From contig OZ241326.1 of assembly GCA_965199855.1 (NCBI GenBank), forward strand, positions 1,568,001 through 1,632,000: a stretch of DNA of 64,000 nt. Reading direction: 5' to 3'. Of this stretch, positions 1-9,830 are shown piece by piece (position 1 is the stretch's first letter; each line of letters begins with the position of its first letter). Below the pieces are notes generated by a model. The model was not told where the DNA came from. It saw nothing but the letters and a program-made list of their open reading frames with translations, and searched no databases. Position numbers and translations under genes: made by a program. This DNA is from a bacterium (GTDB lineage: Bacteria > UBA8248).

Positions 1-463
1 CGCCGATGAACAGGGCGTCTTTCGGCGTCATTTCGGATTCTCCCCGGCCTGCGTCCTTTTTGGGCCGGGCGAAGCGCAGAATGCCTCCGGTGACGAGCAG
101 CGCGCAGGCGGCGAGCTTCGGGGCGGCGAACATTTCTTCTATGAGGTCGCCAAGAAAAACGCCCGCGACTCCCGCCGGAATCGATCCCAGGATCAACAGC
201 CATCCCGTTCGGGCCGCGCCGTCGCCGGAGCCCTTGCCGATCAGCGATGAAGCCCAGTCCCGCGCGACGCGCCACAGGTCTTTCCCGTAGAACGCCAGGA
301 CGGCGGCGAGCGTGCCTACGTGGAGCAGGACGTCGAAAACCAGCCCGGGCTCCTTGAAGCCCAGAATGCTCTGCCCGAGAACGAGGTGCCCCGAACTGCT
401 GACCGGCAGGAATTCGGTGAGTCCCTGCAGGACGCCCAGGGCGAGGGCGTGTTCCCAAAGCAT
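1..463 (-). CDS. uppP: Undecaprenyl-diphosphatase UppP/BacA, 5' part (runs off the window start)
   Basis: Not in the ORF track. Manual translation from ATG at 463 gives MLWEHALALGVLQGLTEFLPVSSSGHL, the BacA N-terminal signature. Confidence 0.93.
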   Translation of the reverse strand, partial: MLWEHALALGVLQGLTEFLPVSSSGHLVLGQSILGFKEPGLVFDVLLHVGTLAAVLAFYGKDLWRVARDWASSLIGKGSGDGAARTGWLLILGSIPAGVAGVFLGDLIEEMFAAPKLAACALLVTGGILRFARPKKDAGRGESEMTPKDALFIG

Positions 464-486
464 ATAGACGCTTCCCGTGGACGGTT

Positions 487-1596
487 TTAGAGAAATTTGG
501 CCTGGTTCAGGCTTTTGACCATCTCGCCGATGCGCTGCGCGTTCTCGCTCGAGCAGACGAGGAGCGCGTCTTCCGTCTCGACGAGGATGATGTCCTCTAC
601 GCCTATGGCGGCGACGAGCCGCTTGTTCGAGCGCACGATGAGGTTTCGGGAGTCGATGGACTTCGTCTTCGCGCCTCCGGGCAGCATCCAGAGGCTACCG
701 TCCTCATCGCGCGGCAGAACGTCCCGCAGGGCGGGCCAGGCGCCCAGATCGCTCCAGCCGACGTCGGCCGGCAAAACGATGAGGCCCCGCGCCTTTTCCA
801 TCACCGCGCGATCCACGCTGATGGATTCGCAGCGCCTGAAGAATCCGGCGAAGGAAGCGGCGTCCCGTTTCCGGTATGCGGACGCCGCCCGGCGCAGCGG
901 CGCGCTCATCTGGGGCCGGCGTGCGCGGAGTTCGTCGATCATGCGGGCCGCTTTCAGGATGAAGACGCCGCCGTTCCAGTAGTATTTTCCCGAGGCCATA
1001 TACCTTCGGGCCTGGGAGAGCGAGGGCTTTTCCCTGAACCGCTTCACGCTGAACGCCTCGATTCCTCCCGGGAGCGCGAGGCGGCGGCCGCGCTCGATGT
1101 AGCCGAAGCCGGTTTCAGGCGAGCGGGGCGGCAGCCCCAGGGTGATGATGGCGCCGCGCTCCTCCGCCAGCGCGGCACCCGCCTTGATGAGCCTGCGAAA
1201 CGCCCCCGGCCTGGCGATGAAATGATCCGCGGGAAGGGCGCACATCAGCGCGCCCGGCGCCCGGGATTCGATGAGATGGGCCGCCAGTCCCAGGCACGGC
1301 GCCGTGTTTCTCGCCTCCGGCTCATGGACGACGTTGCTTTTGGGCACGCCGAGGCTTCTCAGGAGTTTCCCGTGCGCCGCGGAGGCCATGACGAGCGTCC
1401 GCTCGGGCGGGACGAGGCCCTTCAGCCGCCGCAGCGTGAGTTCGAGCAGGGACGGCCCGGGGGCTTTCGAGGGAGCGCCTCCGCCGGGGGGCAGAAACTG
1501 CTTGGGCCTCGATTTTCTGCTCACGGGCCAGAAGCGCGTTCCCGAGCCTCCGGCCATGATGACCGCCCAAAGGGGGCCGCCGCCGCGTCCGGCCAC
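487..1596 (-). CDS. manC: Mannose-1-phosphate guanylyltransferase
   Basis: VIMAGGSGTRFWPVSR, EPEARNTAP, F-REKP, WNGG and GWSDLG motifs. Probable GTG start overlaps the yqaA stop. Confidence 0.92.
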   Translation of the reverse strand: MAGRGGGPLWAVIMAGGSGTRFWPVSRKSRPKQFLPPGGGAPSKAPGPSLLELTLRRLKGLVPPERTLVMASAAHGKLLRSLGVPKSNVVHEPEARNTAPCLGLAAHLIESRAPGALMCALPADHFIARPGAFRRLIKAGAALAEERGAIITLGLPPRSPETGFGYIERGRRLALPGGIEAFSVKRFREKPSLSQARRYMASGKYYWNGGVFILKAARMIDELRARRPQMSAPLRRAASAYRKRDAASFAGFFRRCESISVDRAVMEKARGLIVLPADVGWSDLGAWPALRDVLPRDEDGSLWMLPGGAKTKSIDSRNLIVRSNKRLVAAIGVEDIILVETEDALLVCSSENAQRIGEMVKSLNQAKFL

Positions 1597-2180
1597 TAGA
1601 AGATTCCCTTGAAGAGGAGGAAGCCGCCAAGTAGCAGCACGATAAACGCGATGGTCAGCAAATTGAAGCGGCGTTCGACAAAGCCTCGGATGGACGGGCC
1701 GAAGTGGTGGATGAGCGCCGCCTCGAGGAAAAAGCGCGCCGAGCGGCTCAGGATGGACGCGATGAGAAAAACGGCAAAGTCGATGCGGAACGCGCCCGCC
1801 GAAATGGTGAACACCTTGTAGGGAATCGGCGTGAAGCCGGCGATGCCGACCGCCCAGGCGTCGTAGGCGCGGTAGTATTCCTGGACGAGTCGGTATTTCT
1901 CGCCGACGCCGTAGAAGGCGATGATCGCGTCGCCGACGCTCTGGATGAGGTAGAGGCCGATGAGGTAGCCCAACACGCCTCCCAGGACGGAAGCCGCCGA
2001 GCACACCGCGGCGTAGAAAAACGCCTTGCGCGGCCTGGAGAGGGACAGGGCGAGAAGAAGAGGGTCCGGCGGTATGGGGAAGAAGATGGACTCGGCGGCC
2101 GAAACGACGGCGAGAGCGGGCGCGGCGCGGCGGGAGTCCGCCCAGGTCAACGCCCGGTCGTAGAGCGCGCGGAGGCTCAG
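1596..2180 (-). CDS. DedA/YqaA-family membrane protein (start uncertain: CTG 2180, ATA 2207 or TTG 2150)
   Basis: AESIFFPIPPD, FTPIPYKVFTI and SRSARFF motifs. The family-like N-terminus LRALYDRALTWA lies upstream of the TTG. Confidence 0.88.
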   Translation of the reverse strand: MSLRALYDRALTWADSRRAAPALAVVSAAESIFFPIPPDPLLLALSLSRPRKAFFYAAVCSAASVLGGVLGYLIGLYLIQSVGDAIIAFYGVGEKYRLVQEYYRAYDAWAVGIAGFTPIPYKVFTISAGAFRIDFAVFLIASILSRSARFFLEAALIHHFGPSIRGFVERRFNLLTIAFIVLLLGGFLLFKGIF

Positions 2181-3556
2181 GCGTCTGGCAGGGAGACGGC
2201 GGGATATTTTCTGATCTCCTCATATACTTCGCGCTGATACGCCTCCAGGGAGGGTTCATCGAGCGCCTCGAAGCGCATGACGAGCGCGGGCTGCGTGTTC
2301 GAGGCGCGGATGAGGCCCCAGCCCCTCTCGAAGTTGACGCGGGCGCCGTCCACCTCGATGGTTTCGTATCGGCTCCTGAAATGATTCTTGAGCCGCTCGA
2401 CGATTCCGAATTTCTCCTCATCCGGACAATCGACCCTGATCTCGGGCGTGGAGACCGAAGCGGGGATTTTCGAGGCGCGCTCGGCGAGCGTTTCCCCGGA
2501 GGCGCCCAGCAGGTGCAGAAGCCTGGCCGAGGCGTAGATGGCGTCGTCGTAGCCCAGATAGCCGTCCACGAAAAAGATGTGGCCGGAGAGCTCGCCGCCC
2601 AGAGGGGCTTTCTCCTCCGCTATCTTGGCGCGGACGAGCGAGTGGCCCGTGGCGCTCATCACCGGACGCCCGCCCATTCGCTTCACGGCGTCGGCCAGGC
2701 GCGATGAGCACTTCACGTCGAAGACGATGGCCTCTCCCGGGCTGCGCGCCAGAATGGGCGCCGAGAGGAGGATGAGCAGCTCGTCTCCCCAGATGATTCT
2801 GCCGCTTGCGTCCACCGCGCCGATGCGATCCCCGTCGCCGTCCAGGCCGATTCCCGCCTCCGCGCCCGTCTGGCGGACTTTCTCTATGAGGGATTCCAGG
2901 TTTTCGGGGACGGTGGGATCGGGATGGTGATTCGGATAGGAGGCGTCGGGCTCGGTGAACAGCTCCACCACCTCGGCTCCGATGCCCCGCAATACCCGGG
3001 ACGCCACCGCGCCGCCGACGCCGTTTCCCGCGTCCAGAACCACCTTGACGGGCCTCGCGAGCGTCAGGCCCCTTGAGGCGCGCTCGACGTATGCGGGTCG
3101 GACGTCGATTTCATCGAACGCGCCCGGAGCTTCGGCCCGGTGAATCCGCCCCTCTTCGATGATTTTTCTGATCTCCTGGATTTCCTCGCCGTGAATCGCC
3201 TCGCGGCCGCGGGTGATCTTGAAGCCGTTGAATTCCGGCGGGTTGTGGGAGCCGGTGATTTGCACCGCCCCCGCCACGTCGAGGTGGTGCGCGGCGAAGG
3301 AAACCACCGGGGTGGGCGCCATACCGACGCCGATGACGCCGCAGCCCGAGGCGGCGAGGCCCTTCCGGAGAGAATCGTAGAAGGCGGGCGAGGAGAAGCG
3401 GTTGTCGCGCCCGATGGCGACGGCGGCTCCCCGCGCGCCGCCCAGGCGCGTCCCGATGGCGCCTCCGATGGCTTCTACGACCTCGGGGGTGAGATCGACG
3501 CCCGCCACGCCCCGGATGTCGTATTCCCTGAAAATCAGAGGGTTGATGCCCGCCAT
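2177..3556 (-). CDS. algC: Phosphomannomutase/phosphoglucomutase
   Basis: IFREYDIRG, TGSHNP phosphoserine loop, DGDGDR metal loop, GELSGH, RASNT. Confidence 0.95.
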   Translation of the reverse strand: MAGINPLIFREYDIRGVAGVDLTPEVVEAIGGAIGTRLGGARGAAVAIGRDNRFSSPAFYDSLRKGLAASGCGVIGVGMAPTPVVSFAAHHLDVAGAVQITGSHNPPEFNGFKITRGREAIHGEEIQEIRKIIEEGRIHRAEAPGAFDEIDVRPAYVERASRGLTLARPVKVVLDAGNGVGGAVASRVLRGIGAEVVELFTEPDASYPNHHPDPTVPENLESLIEKVRQTGAEAGIGLDGDGDRIGAVDASGRIIWGDELLILLSAPILARSPGEAIVFDVKCSSRLADAVKRMGGRPVMSATGHSLVRAKIAEEKAPLGGELSGHIFFVDGYLGYDDAIYASARLLHLLGASGETLAERASKIPASVSTPEIRVDCPDEEKFGIVERLKNHFRSRYETIEVDGARVNFERGWGLIRASNTQPALVMRFEALDEPSLEAYQREVYEEIRKYPAVSLPDA

Positions 3557-3654
3557 GCGAAACTCCCCTCCCGGGCGCTCGCGCGCTTTCCCGAAGCGGG
3601 CGGATTATTGCACCCCCTGATCCGGCGGGCAACCTTGTTTTTCCATCCCGCTTT

Positions 3655-3683
3655 GTGCTTTCTCCGTTGCGAAGGGGTATAAT
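3655..3683 (+). promoter_or_regulatory. Putative sigma70 promoter upstream of plsC
   Basis: Perfect TATAAT at 3678-3683 in the divergent algC/plsC gap; the -35 match is weak. Confidence 0.45.
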
Positions 3684-3795
3684 CGGCCGCCGCCCGTTCG
3701 CGCGCCATGGCGCTTGAGATCTTCCGGGTGGTCTGGCCGTTGCGCGTCGTCGGGCTCATGGGTTCTTCACTCATGGGCGAGGGGAGGCTTTCGGG

Positions 3796-4494
3796 TTGAT
3801 CGTCGGGACGGGGCCATGGAGCGAGCGGCTGATGATACGGCTCGGCCTCCGCTTCGTGAGCCTTCTGGTGCGCGCGTTCACGCGCCCCAGAATCATCGGG
3901 CTGGAGAACATTCCGCCGGGCGGAGGGGTGCTTTTTCTGAGCAATCACATATCCGCCCTGGACGTTCTGGTGGTGCCCTGGGTCATTTATTCCCGATATC
4001 CGAAAGATCTGATTCGCCAGGCGGGAAAGGAGGAGCTTTTTGAAATTCCGGTCGTGGGCTGGATACTGCGCAAATGGCGGGGCTTTCCCATCAAGCGGGG
4101 CGGGGCGGACAGAAAGTCCATACGGATGATTGAGGAATACATCCGGGAGGGAAAAGTCATACTCTACCCGGAGGGGACGCGAAGCCGGGACGGGCGCATC
4201 GGCCGGGGGAACCGGATGGTGGGCCGAATCGTGAGAAACACCGCGCCTGCGGTCGTCCCCGTCGCCCTGAAGGGGACCGACCGCGTGATTCCGGTGGGAA
4301 AAACCATGCCTCGCCGGGGAGCGCGAATTGAAATAAGATTCGGCGCGCCGATGGATTTCAGGGATGAGTGCGCCATGGACGACGCGAAAGAGGCCAGCCA
4401 GAGGATTATCGACCGCGTGATGGGGGAGATATCCGCGCTTCACGACGGCGGCGGACGCGCCGAGAACGCCGAAAAGAGGGGCGTCCGAGGTTGA
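3796..4494 (+). CDS. plsC: 1-acyl-sn-glycerol-3-phosphate acyltransferase
   Basis: NHISALD (HxxxxD) and YPEGTRS motifs; GGGAGG RBS before the TTG. Confidence 0.9.
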   Translation: MIVGTGPWSERLMIRLGLRFVSLLVRAFTRPRIIGLENIPPGGGVLFLSNHISALDVLVVPWVIYSRYPKDLIRQAGKEELFEIPVVGWILRKWRGFPIKRGGADRKSIRMIEEYIREGKVILYPEGTRSRDGRIGRGNRMVGRIVRNTAPAVVPVALKGTDRVIPVGKTMPRRGARIEIRFGAPMDFRDECAMDDAKEASQRIIDRVMGEISALHDGGGRAENAEKRGVRG

Positions 4495-4985
4495 GCGGGC
4501 GTTATTATTCCAAGCCCCGGGCGTTTTCGTCCATTCTGAGGGAGTTGCGCGCGAAGGAGCCGTGGGGCGGGCGGCTGGCGAGGAACTTCGTGTTTCGCGT
4601 CTGGCCGAAGGCGATGGGCCGGGGCATCGCCAGGGCGGCGCGGCCGGTGTCTCTCAAAAACGACTGCCTGCACGTGGAAGTCGGGGATTCGAGCTGGCTG
4701 TATGAGCTCGAGCTTCGGAAGCGGGAGCTGCTCGCGCGAATCAACGAGCATCTCGATGGCTCCCGCATCGGGGACATTCGCTTCAAACTGTCGAACGCGG
4801 GACTTTCGTTTGGCGATGACGAAGGGGCGGACGAGCCGGCGGCGTTTTCGAGAAAGGCGACGCCCGTCGCCTCCCGCGATGACGCCGCGATCGAGAGCGC
4901 CATCGCCGACGTGGGGGACGAGCAGCTGCGGCGCGCCGCGGAGAAACTCATTCGTCATATCCGGAGCCATGAGAACCCCTTGTGA
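4491..4985 (+). CDS. dciA: DUF721/DciA-family helicase-loader protein
   Basis: WPKAMGRGIA...ARPVSLKNDCLHVEV.DSSWLYEL...IRF pattern; TTG start overlaps the plsC TGA. Confidence 0.75.
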   Translation: MSGRYYSKPRAFSSILRELRAKEPWGGRLARNFVFRVWPKAMGRGIARAARPVSLKNDCLHVEVGDSSWLYELELRKRELLARINEHLDGSRIGDIRFKLSNAGLSFGDDEGADEPAAFSRKATPVASRDDAAIESAIADVGDEQLRRAAEKLIRHIRSHENPL

Positions 4986-5019
4986 CAGGCATGAGAAATT
5001 GCCGGGAAAATCGCATCCG

Positions 5020-6750
5020 ATGATGAAATTCTGCGGCTGTCTGATGCTGTCCCTCGCCCTGGTTTTGCCGGGATGCGCGGCGCGGGAGCCGAGGGCGACG
5101 CTCGCGCCCGCGCTCAGGCTCCGGGCGCTTCCGCCCAGGGTGAAGGGAACGGCGAAATCCTATTTTCATTTCATCGCCGGCTATCGGGAGGAACTGGATG
5201 GCAACCTGAAAGAGGCGGGTTCGTCCTATTCCGAGGCGGTGAAGAACAACCCCGAATCCTCTTTTCTGGCGACTCGTCTGGCGTCGCTTCTCGTTCGACG
5301 GGGGAAACTGGCCGAAGCCGAGGAATTCGCGCTCAAGGCGACGGAGCGCGACGCCCTGAACCTGGAGGCCCACTTCGTTCTGGGGGGCATATACGCTTCC
5401 CGCATGAAGCTCGACAAGGCCGTCGCCGTTTACCGGAAATTGCTGAAAGCGAGCCCCGAACACCACGAGACGCGCCTGCTTCTGGGCGCCGCCTATCTCG
5501 AATTGGGCAGATACGCCGAGGCGGCCGAGACGTTCGAGACGCTCCTCCGGTCGGGCAGGAGAGCCGCGCTCGCCCGGTATTATCTGGCGCAGGCCTACGC
5601 CGGCCTGAAGAGATACGCGGAGGCGGAGAGGGAAATTGTCCGGCTCCTCGAGAGGCGGCCGGGATATGCGCGGGGGATGCTCCTGCTCGCCAGGATTTAT
5701 GAGGCGCAGGAGAAGTTCGACGAGGCGGAGGCCGTCTATAAAAAAGCGCAGAGAATCGAACCCGCCAACCGGATCATCCGCGCCCGCCTGGGGCAGCTTT
5801 ACATCCGCAAGAAGAAACTGAAGCGCGCTTTGGCGGAGTTCAAGACCCTCGGCGCGGAGGATCCCGAGAACGTGAGCGTCCACCGGACCCTGGGCTTTTT
5901 GAGCTTCGAGCAAAGAGAGTTCCAGGACGCGCTTCGGGAATTCCGATTCGTTCTGGGCAGAAACCCGAAGGACGAGATGGTTCGCCGGTATGTCGCGGCG
6001 ATTTATCAGGAACTGAAGCAGTATGCGCGCGCCGAAGAAGAGCTGATCGAGCTGCTGAAGCTGCTGCCCGGGTCGCTGGACGGGCGCATCCAGCTCGCGC
6101 GCCTGTACGCCGGGCAGGAAAAATGGAAGAAGGCGGACGCGGTTCTCGACGCGGCCGAAAAGCGTCACCCCGAAAAGGATCGCCCGCCCTACGCGCGCGG
6201 TCTACTCCTCGCCAGACAAAAGAAGTTCGCCGAGGCGCTGCCGCATTTTCAAAGGGCGGTGAAGCTGAAGCCCGGCCAGGCGGATTATCTCTATTCCCTC
6301 GCCACGACGTTCTACGAGCTCAAGCGATGGGACGAGGTGGAGGCGGCGGCGAGGAGAATCATTCAGAAGAGCCCGAAGCACGCGAACGCCCTGAACCTGC
6401 TGGGCTACATGTTCTCCGAACTCGACAGGAACCTCGACGAGGCGGAGAAGCTGCTGGATCGCGCCCTGGCGATTGAGCCCGAGAACGCCGCCTTTCTCGA
6501 CAGCATCGGGTGGATTTACTATCGCCAGGGCCGCTTCGGGGAGGCGCTCGCCAAGGTGCGGCACGCGGCGGCGAAGATGCCGAAGGACGCCGTTATCCTC
6601 GAACACCTGGGCGACATCTATCTCGCCCTGCATGACGTCGAAAAGGCGCTGCTGCATTGGAGGCGCGCCTCCGAGGCCGACCCCGAAAACGAAAAACTGA
6701 AGAAAAAAATTCAGAATCATCTTCAAGGGGAGAAAAAGCCGCTCATGTGA
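5020..6750 (+). CDS. TPR-repeat lipoprotein
   Basis: Signal peptide ending LPGC, many TPR repeats, NALNLLGY and LDSIGWIYY motifs typical of the TPR gene upstream of lolB-ispE. Confidence 0.85.
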   Translation: MMKFCGCLMLSLALVLPGCAAREPRATLAPALRLRALPPRVKGTAKSYFHFIAGYREELDGNLKEAGSSYSEAVKNNPESSFLATRLASLLVRRGKLAEAEEFALKATERDALNLEAHFVLGGIYASRMKLDKAVAVYRKLLKASPEHHETRLLLGAAYLELGRYAEAAETFETLLRSGRRAALARYYLAQAYAGLKRYAEAEREIVRLLERRPGYARGMLLLARIYEAQEKFDEAEAVYKKAQRIEPANRIIRARLGQLYIRKKKLKRALAEFKTLGAEDPENVSVHRTLGFLSFEQREFQDALREFRFVLGRNPKDEMVRRYVAAIYQELKQYARAEEELIELLKLLPGSLDGRIQLARLYAGQEKWKKADAVLDAAEKRHPEKDRPPYARGLLLARQKKFAEALPHFQRAVKLKPGQADYLYSLATTFYELKRWDEVEAAARRIIQKSPKHANALNLLGYMFSELDRNLDEAEKLLDRALAIEPENAAFLDSIGWIYYRQGRFGEALAKVRHAAAKMPKDAVILEHLGDIYLALHDVEKALLHWRRASEADPENEKLKKKIQNHLQGEKKPLM

Positions 6751-6940
6751 GAATGTCCGGCTTCTTGAATCGCCTGGCCGCGCCCGCCGTTTTCTTTCCT
6801 GATTCCCCTCCCTCGAAGGGCCTCCGTTGGTGACGACATACTTGACGCGCGTTGGTGGATTCGCCGCTTTTCCTCGTCATCGGGGGGCGAACCGCAGACC
6901 GGGGCCGACGGGAAAACGCCGGATTCCGGCTTCCGCCGGA

Positions 6941-7807
6941 ATGGCGCGCGTTGAACGCGTCGTCGCCTTTCCGCTTTCGCGCGTCCTTCGCCTCTTGCTG
7001 GCGTTTTCGTTCCTCGGCCTGGCCGGCTGCCTCGGCCACCAGGCGGGCGAGGCGCCGCCGCCCGAGGTTTCGCGCGCGGAAATGTTCCGGGAGCTGCGGC
7101 AGAGGCGGTACCCCCGCGCGTATCGCGGCGTCGCGTCCATGCGGCTGCGCTTCTCGGGCGCGCCGGCGGGTTCGGGCTTCGCGAATCCGCTGATTCCCGA
7201 GGGTTCTTTTTCGGGCAGGGCGGTTCTGCTCCTTCGGAGTCCGGACTCGCTGCGGCTCGAACCCCTCTCGCCGTTCGGCGCGCCGCTCATGATCGTCGTC
7301 GCGCGAGGGGGCTCGTTTCGCGCCTATTCTCCCTCGCGCAACGCGATATACGCGGGCGGGACGGACACGCGCGGGATCGGGCGGATTCTGGGAATTCCGC
7401 TGGACAGCCGGATTTTCGTGAAGCTGCTGCTCGGGGACTGGCTGGCCGCGCTGGGCGATGAGAAAAATTTTGATTTCAGAAGACTGGAGTCCGCCTATTC
7501 GCTGGAAGCCGGGGAGGGGGCGGAAAAATCCGTTTTGCGGTCCGTCACGCTGGGGCTTCGGGACTGGCATCCCCGGAAGATGAAGATTCGCGCGAGGCGG
7601 GGAGCGATTCTGGTTCGCTACGGAGCGTTTCTGAAGGCCGGGGACGTTTGGCGCCCCTCCAGCGTGGAAATTGTCGGGCCGGGCGGGGAGAATCGTCTCC
7701 ACGTCTCGTATTCCTCCGGGCAGGGAGCGGTGGACGCGGCGTTTTCCGATGAACTGTTTCGCCTTGCGCCGCCCCGGGGCGCCGAAACGATCTGGCTGGA
7801 AGGATAG
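6941..7807 (+). CDS. LolB-like / DUF4292-type outer-membrane lipoprotein (start uncertain)
   Basis: Lipobox LAGC; LRLEPLSPFG motif; lies between the TPR gene and ispE. Confidence 0.65.
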   Translation: MARVERVVAFPLSRVLRLLLAFSFLGLAGCLGHQAGEAPPPEVSRAEMFRELRQRRYPRAYRGVASMRLRFSGAPAGSGFANPLIPEGSFSGRAVLLLRSPDSLRLEPLSPFGAPLMIVVARGGSFRAYSPSRNAIYAGGTDTRGIGRILGIPLDSRIFVKLLLGDWLAALGDEKNFDFRRLESAYSLEAGEGAEKSVLRSVTLGLRDWHPRKMKIRARRGAILVRYGAFLKAGDVWRPSSVEIVGPGGENRLHVSYSSGQGAVDAAFSDELFRLAPPRGAETIWLEG

Positions 7808-7815
7808 CGCGCTTC

Positions 7816-8715
7816 ATGGACGCCGGTCCCGCGCCCGGAAGCGTGATTTTCAAAACGCCCGCGAAGCTCAATTTGCGCCTGAAAATCCTGGGACTGCGCG
7901 GCGACGGCTACCACGAAATCATCACCTGGATGCAGCAGATATCGCTTTACGACGAGATGCGCGTCGAGCCGCGCGGGAGGGGGATTCGCGTGTATTCGGA
8001 TTGCGGCGACGCTCCGGACGGCAGGGACAACCTCGCGCATCGGGCGGCGCGCGCCTTGCGGGAAGCGTCCGGGCGAGCGGAGCTCGGCGCCCGCATCTAT
8101 CTGAAAAAAAATATCCCCGTGGGCGCGGGCCTGGGCGGGGGAAGCGGAAACGCGGCGGGCGCGCTTTGGGCGTTGAACCGCGCGTGGGGCCTGAATATGC
8201 GGAAGGCGGAGTTGAGCGGGATCGCCGCGCGCGTAGGCTCGGACGCGCCGTTTTTTCTGCATGGCCCCGCGGCGGTGTGCCGGGGACGGGGCGAGCGGAT
8301 CGAGAGGAAAGAAGCCTTGAAAAGCGGCTGGTTCCTTCTGGTCAAGCCGCCCGTGAAGCTGTCCACCCGCGAGGTCTATGCCTGGTCTCGCGAGAAGCTG
8401 CGTCGGGAAAAGAGAAATTTAGACGAAAAAAGCGCCTTGGCGCGTCTCGGCCGCTATGAATACGGCAACGATTTGCAGGAAGTCGTTTTTCCCAGGTTTC
8501 CGCTCCTGGAGCGGCTGTGCGGAGAACTCCTCCGCCTCGGCGCCCGCAGGGCGATGATGAGCGGGAGCGGCTCGACGGTTTTCGGCGTTTTCCGCCGAAA
8601 AGGAGAGGCGGAGCGGGCGGCCGCCGCCATCGGTAGGGACGAGGGGCGCGAGTGTTTTGTCGTCAGACCCTTGCGGGAGGGCGTTTTTGAGCGAAGACGG
8701 CGGGCAATCCGATGA
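7816..8715 (+). CDS. ispE: 4-diphosphocytidyl-2-C-methyl-D-erythritol kinase
   Basis: PAKLNL, KNIPVGAGLGGGSGNAA, MSGSGSTVF. Confidence 0.96.
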   Translation: MDAGPAPGSVIFKTPAKLNLRLKILGLRGDGYHEIITWMQQISLYDEMRVEPRGRGIRVYSDCGDAPDGRDNLAHRAARALREASGRAELGARIYLKKNIPVGAGLGGGSGNAAGALWALNRAWGLNMRKAELSGIAARVGSDAPFFLHGPAAVCRGRGERIERKEALKSGWFLLVKPPVKLSTREVYAWSREKLRREKRNLDEKSALARLGRYEYGNDLQEVVFPRFPLLERLCGELLRLGARRAMMSGSGSTVFGVFRRKGEAERAAAAIGRDEGRECFVVRPLREGVFERRRRAIR

Positions 8716-8849
8716 AAACCCGTAAAATTCGCCAAAATGCGGATGAAACAAAGGGAATTTTTCGCCCCGCCGCTTGCTTGCGCCTGGAAAATCGAGTATC
8801 AAAGCCGCTCCTTGGGACTGAACTTGCGATTCCATGCGGATAGGGAACG

Positions 8850-9794
8850 GTGGCGGAGAATCGGCTGAAAGTATTTGGCGGGCGCTCGAACCCGGGGCTG
8901 AACCAGAGCATTTTCGAGTCCCTGGGCATTCGGCCGGGGTTGATCGAGATCATCGACTTCAGCGACGGCGAGACGTTCGTCCGCATTCAGGAGAACATCC
9001 GGGGGGCGGACGTGTTCGCCGTCCAGAGCCTGTGCACCCCCGGCAACGCGAACCTGATGGAAATGCTCATCATGATCGATGCGTTTCGCCGCTCGTCGGC
9101 CGATCGCATCACCGCGGTGATCCCCTATTTCGCGTATGCCCGCCAGGATCGGAAGGTGCAGCCGCGCGTGCCGATTACCGCGAAGCTCGTCGCCAACCTG
9201 CTGGCCGCCTCGGGCGCGAATCGCGTGATAGCCATGGATCTGCACGCGGGCCAGATACAGGGCTTTTTCGACATTCCGGTGGACCATCTGTATTCGGAAC
9301 CCATTATGATAGAATACTTCAGGAAAAAGGATTTGAAGGATCTGGTCGTCGTTTCGCCCGACGCGGGAGGCGTCGAGAGAGCCCGCTCCTACTCGAAGAG
9401 GCTGAACGCGGGGCTGGGAATCATTGACAAGCGGCGCGAGCGGGCGAACAAATCCGAAGTGATGAACATCATCGGCGACGTGAAGGGGTGCGACGTTCTG
9501 ATCGTGGACGATCTCTGCGACACGGCGGGAACCATGAGCCAGGGAGCCGACGCGCTCATGGACGCCGGGGCGCGGCAGGTCTACGCCTGTTCCGCCCACG
9601 CGGTTCTTTCCGGCCCGGCGGTGGAGAGAATCGAGAATTCGAGCCTCGTAGAGTGCGTGGTCAGCAATTCGATACCGCTTTCGGAGAAGGCGGAGGCCTG
9701 CCCCCGAATCAAGGTGCTGGGGCTGGGAATGCTTCTGGGCGAGGCGATTCGCCGCATCCATGAGAATGCCTCCGTCAGCAGCCTGTTTGAATAG
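8850..9794 (+). CDS. prs: Ribose-phosphate pyrophosphokinase
   Basis: FSDGE, YARQDRK, DLHAGQIQGFF, VSPDAGG, VDDLCDTAGT. Confidence 0.97.
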   Translation: MAENRLKVFGGRSNPGLNQSIFESLGIRPGLIEIIDFSDGETFVRIQENIRGADVFAVQSLCTPGNANLMEMLIMIDAFRRSSADRITAVIPYFAYARQDRKVQPRVPITAKLVANLLAASGANRVIAMDLHAGQIQGFFDIPVDHLYSEPIMIEYFRKKDLKDLVVVSPDAGGVERARSYSKRLNAGLGIIDKRRERANKSEVMNIIGDVKGCDVLIVDDLCDTAGTMSQGADALMDAGARQVYACSAHAVLSGPAVERIENSSLVECVVSNSIPLSEKAEACPRIKVLGLGMLLGEAIRRIHENASVSSLFE

Positions 9795-9830
9795 CCATTC
9801 CGCCGGCGGGCGGCATACCTGGAGCAGAAA

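Noticed and set aside
8716-8849. Expected tRNA-Gln between ispE and prs
   Set aside because: No cloverleaf or T-loop GTTCGA is present; the gap looks like promoter DNA only.
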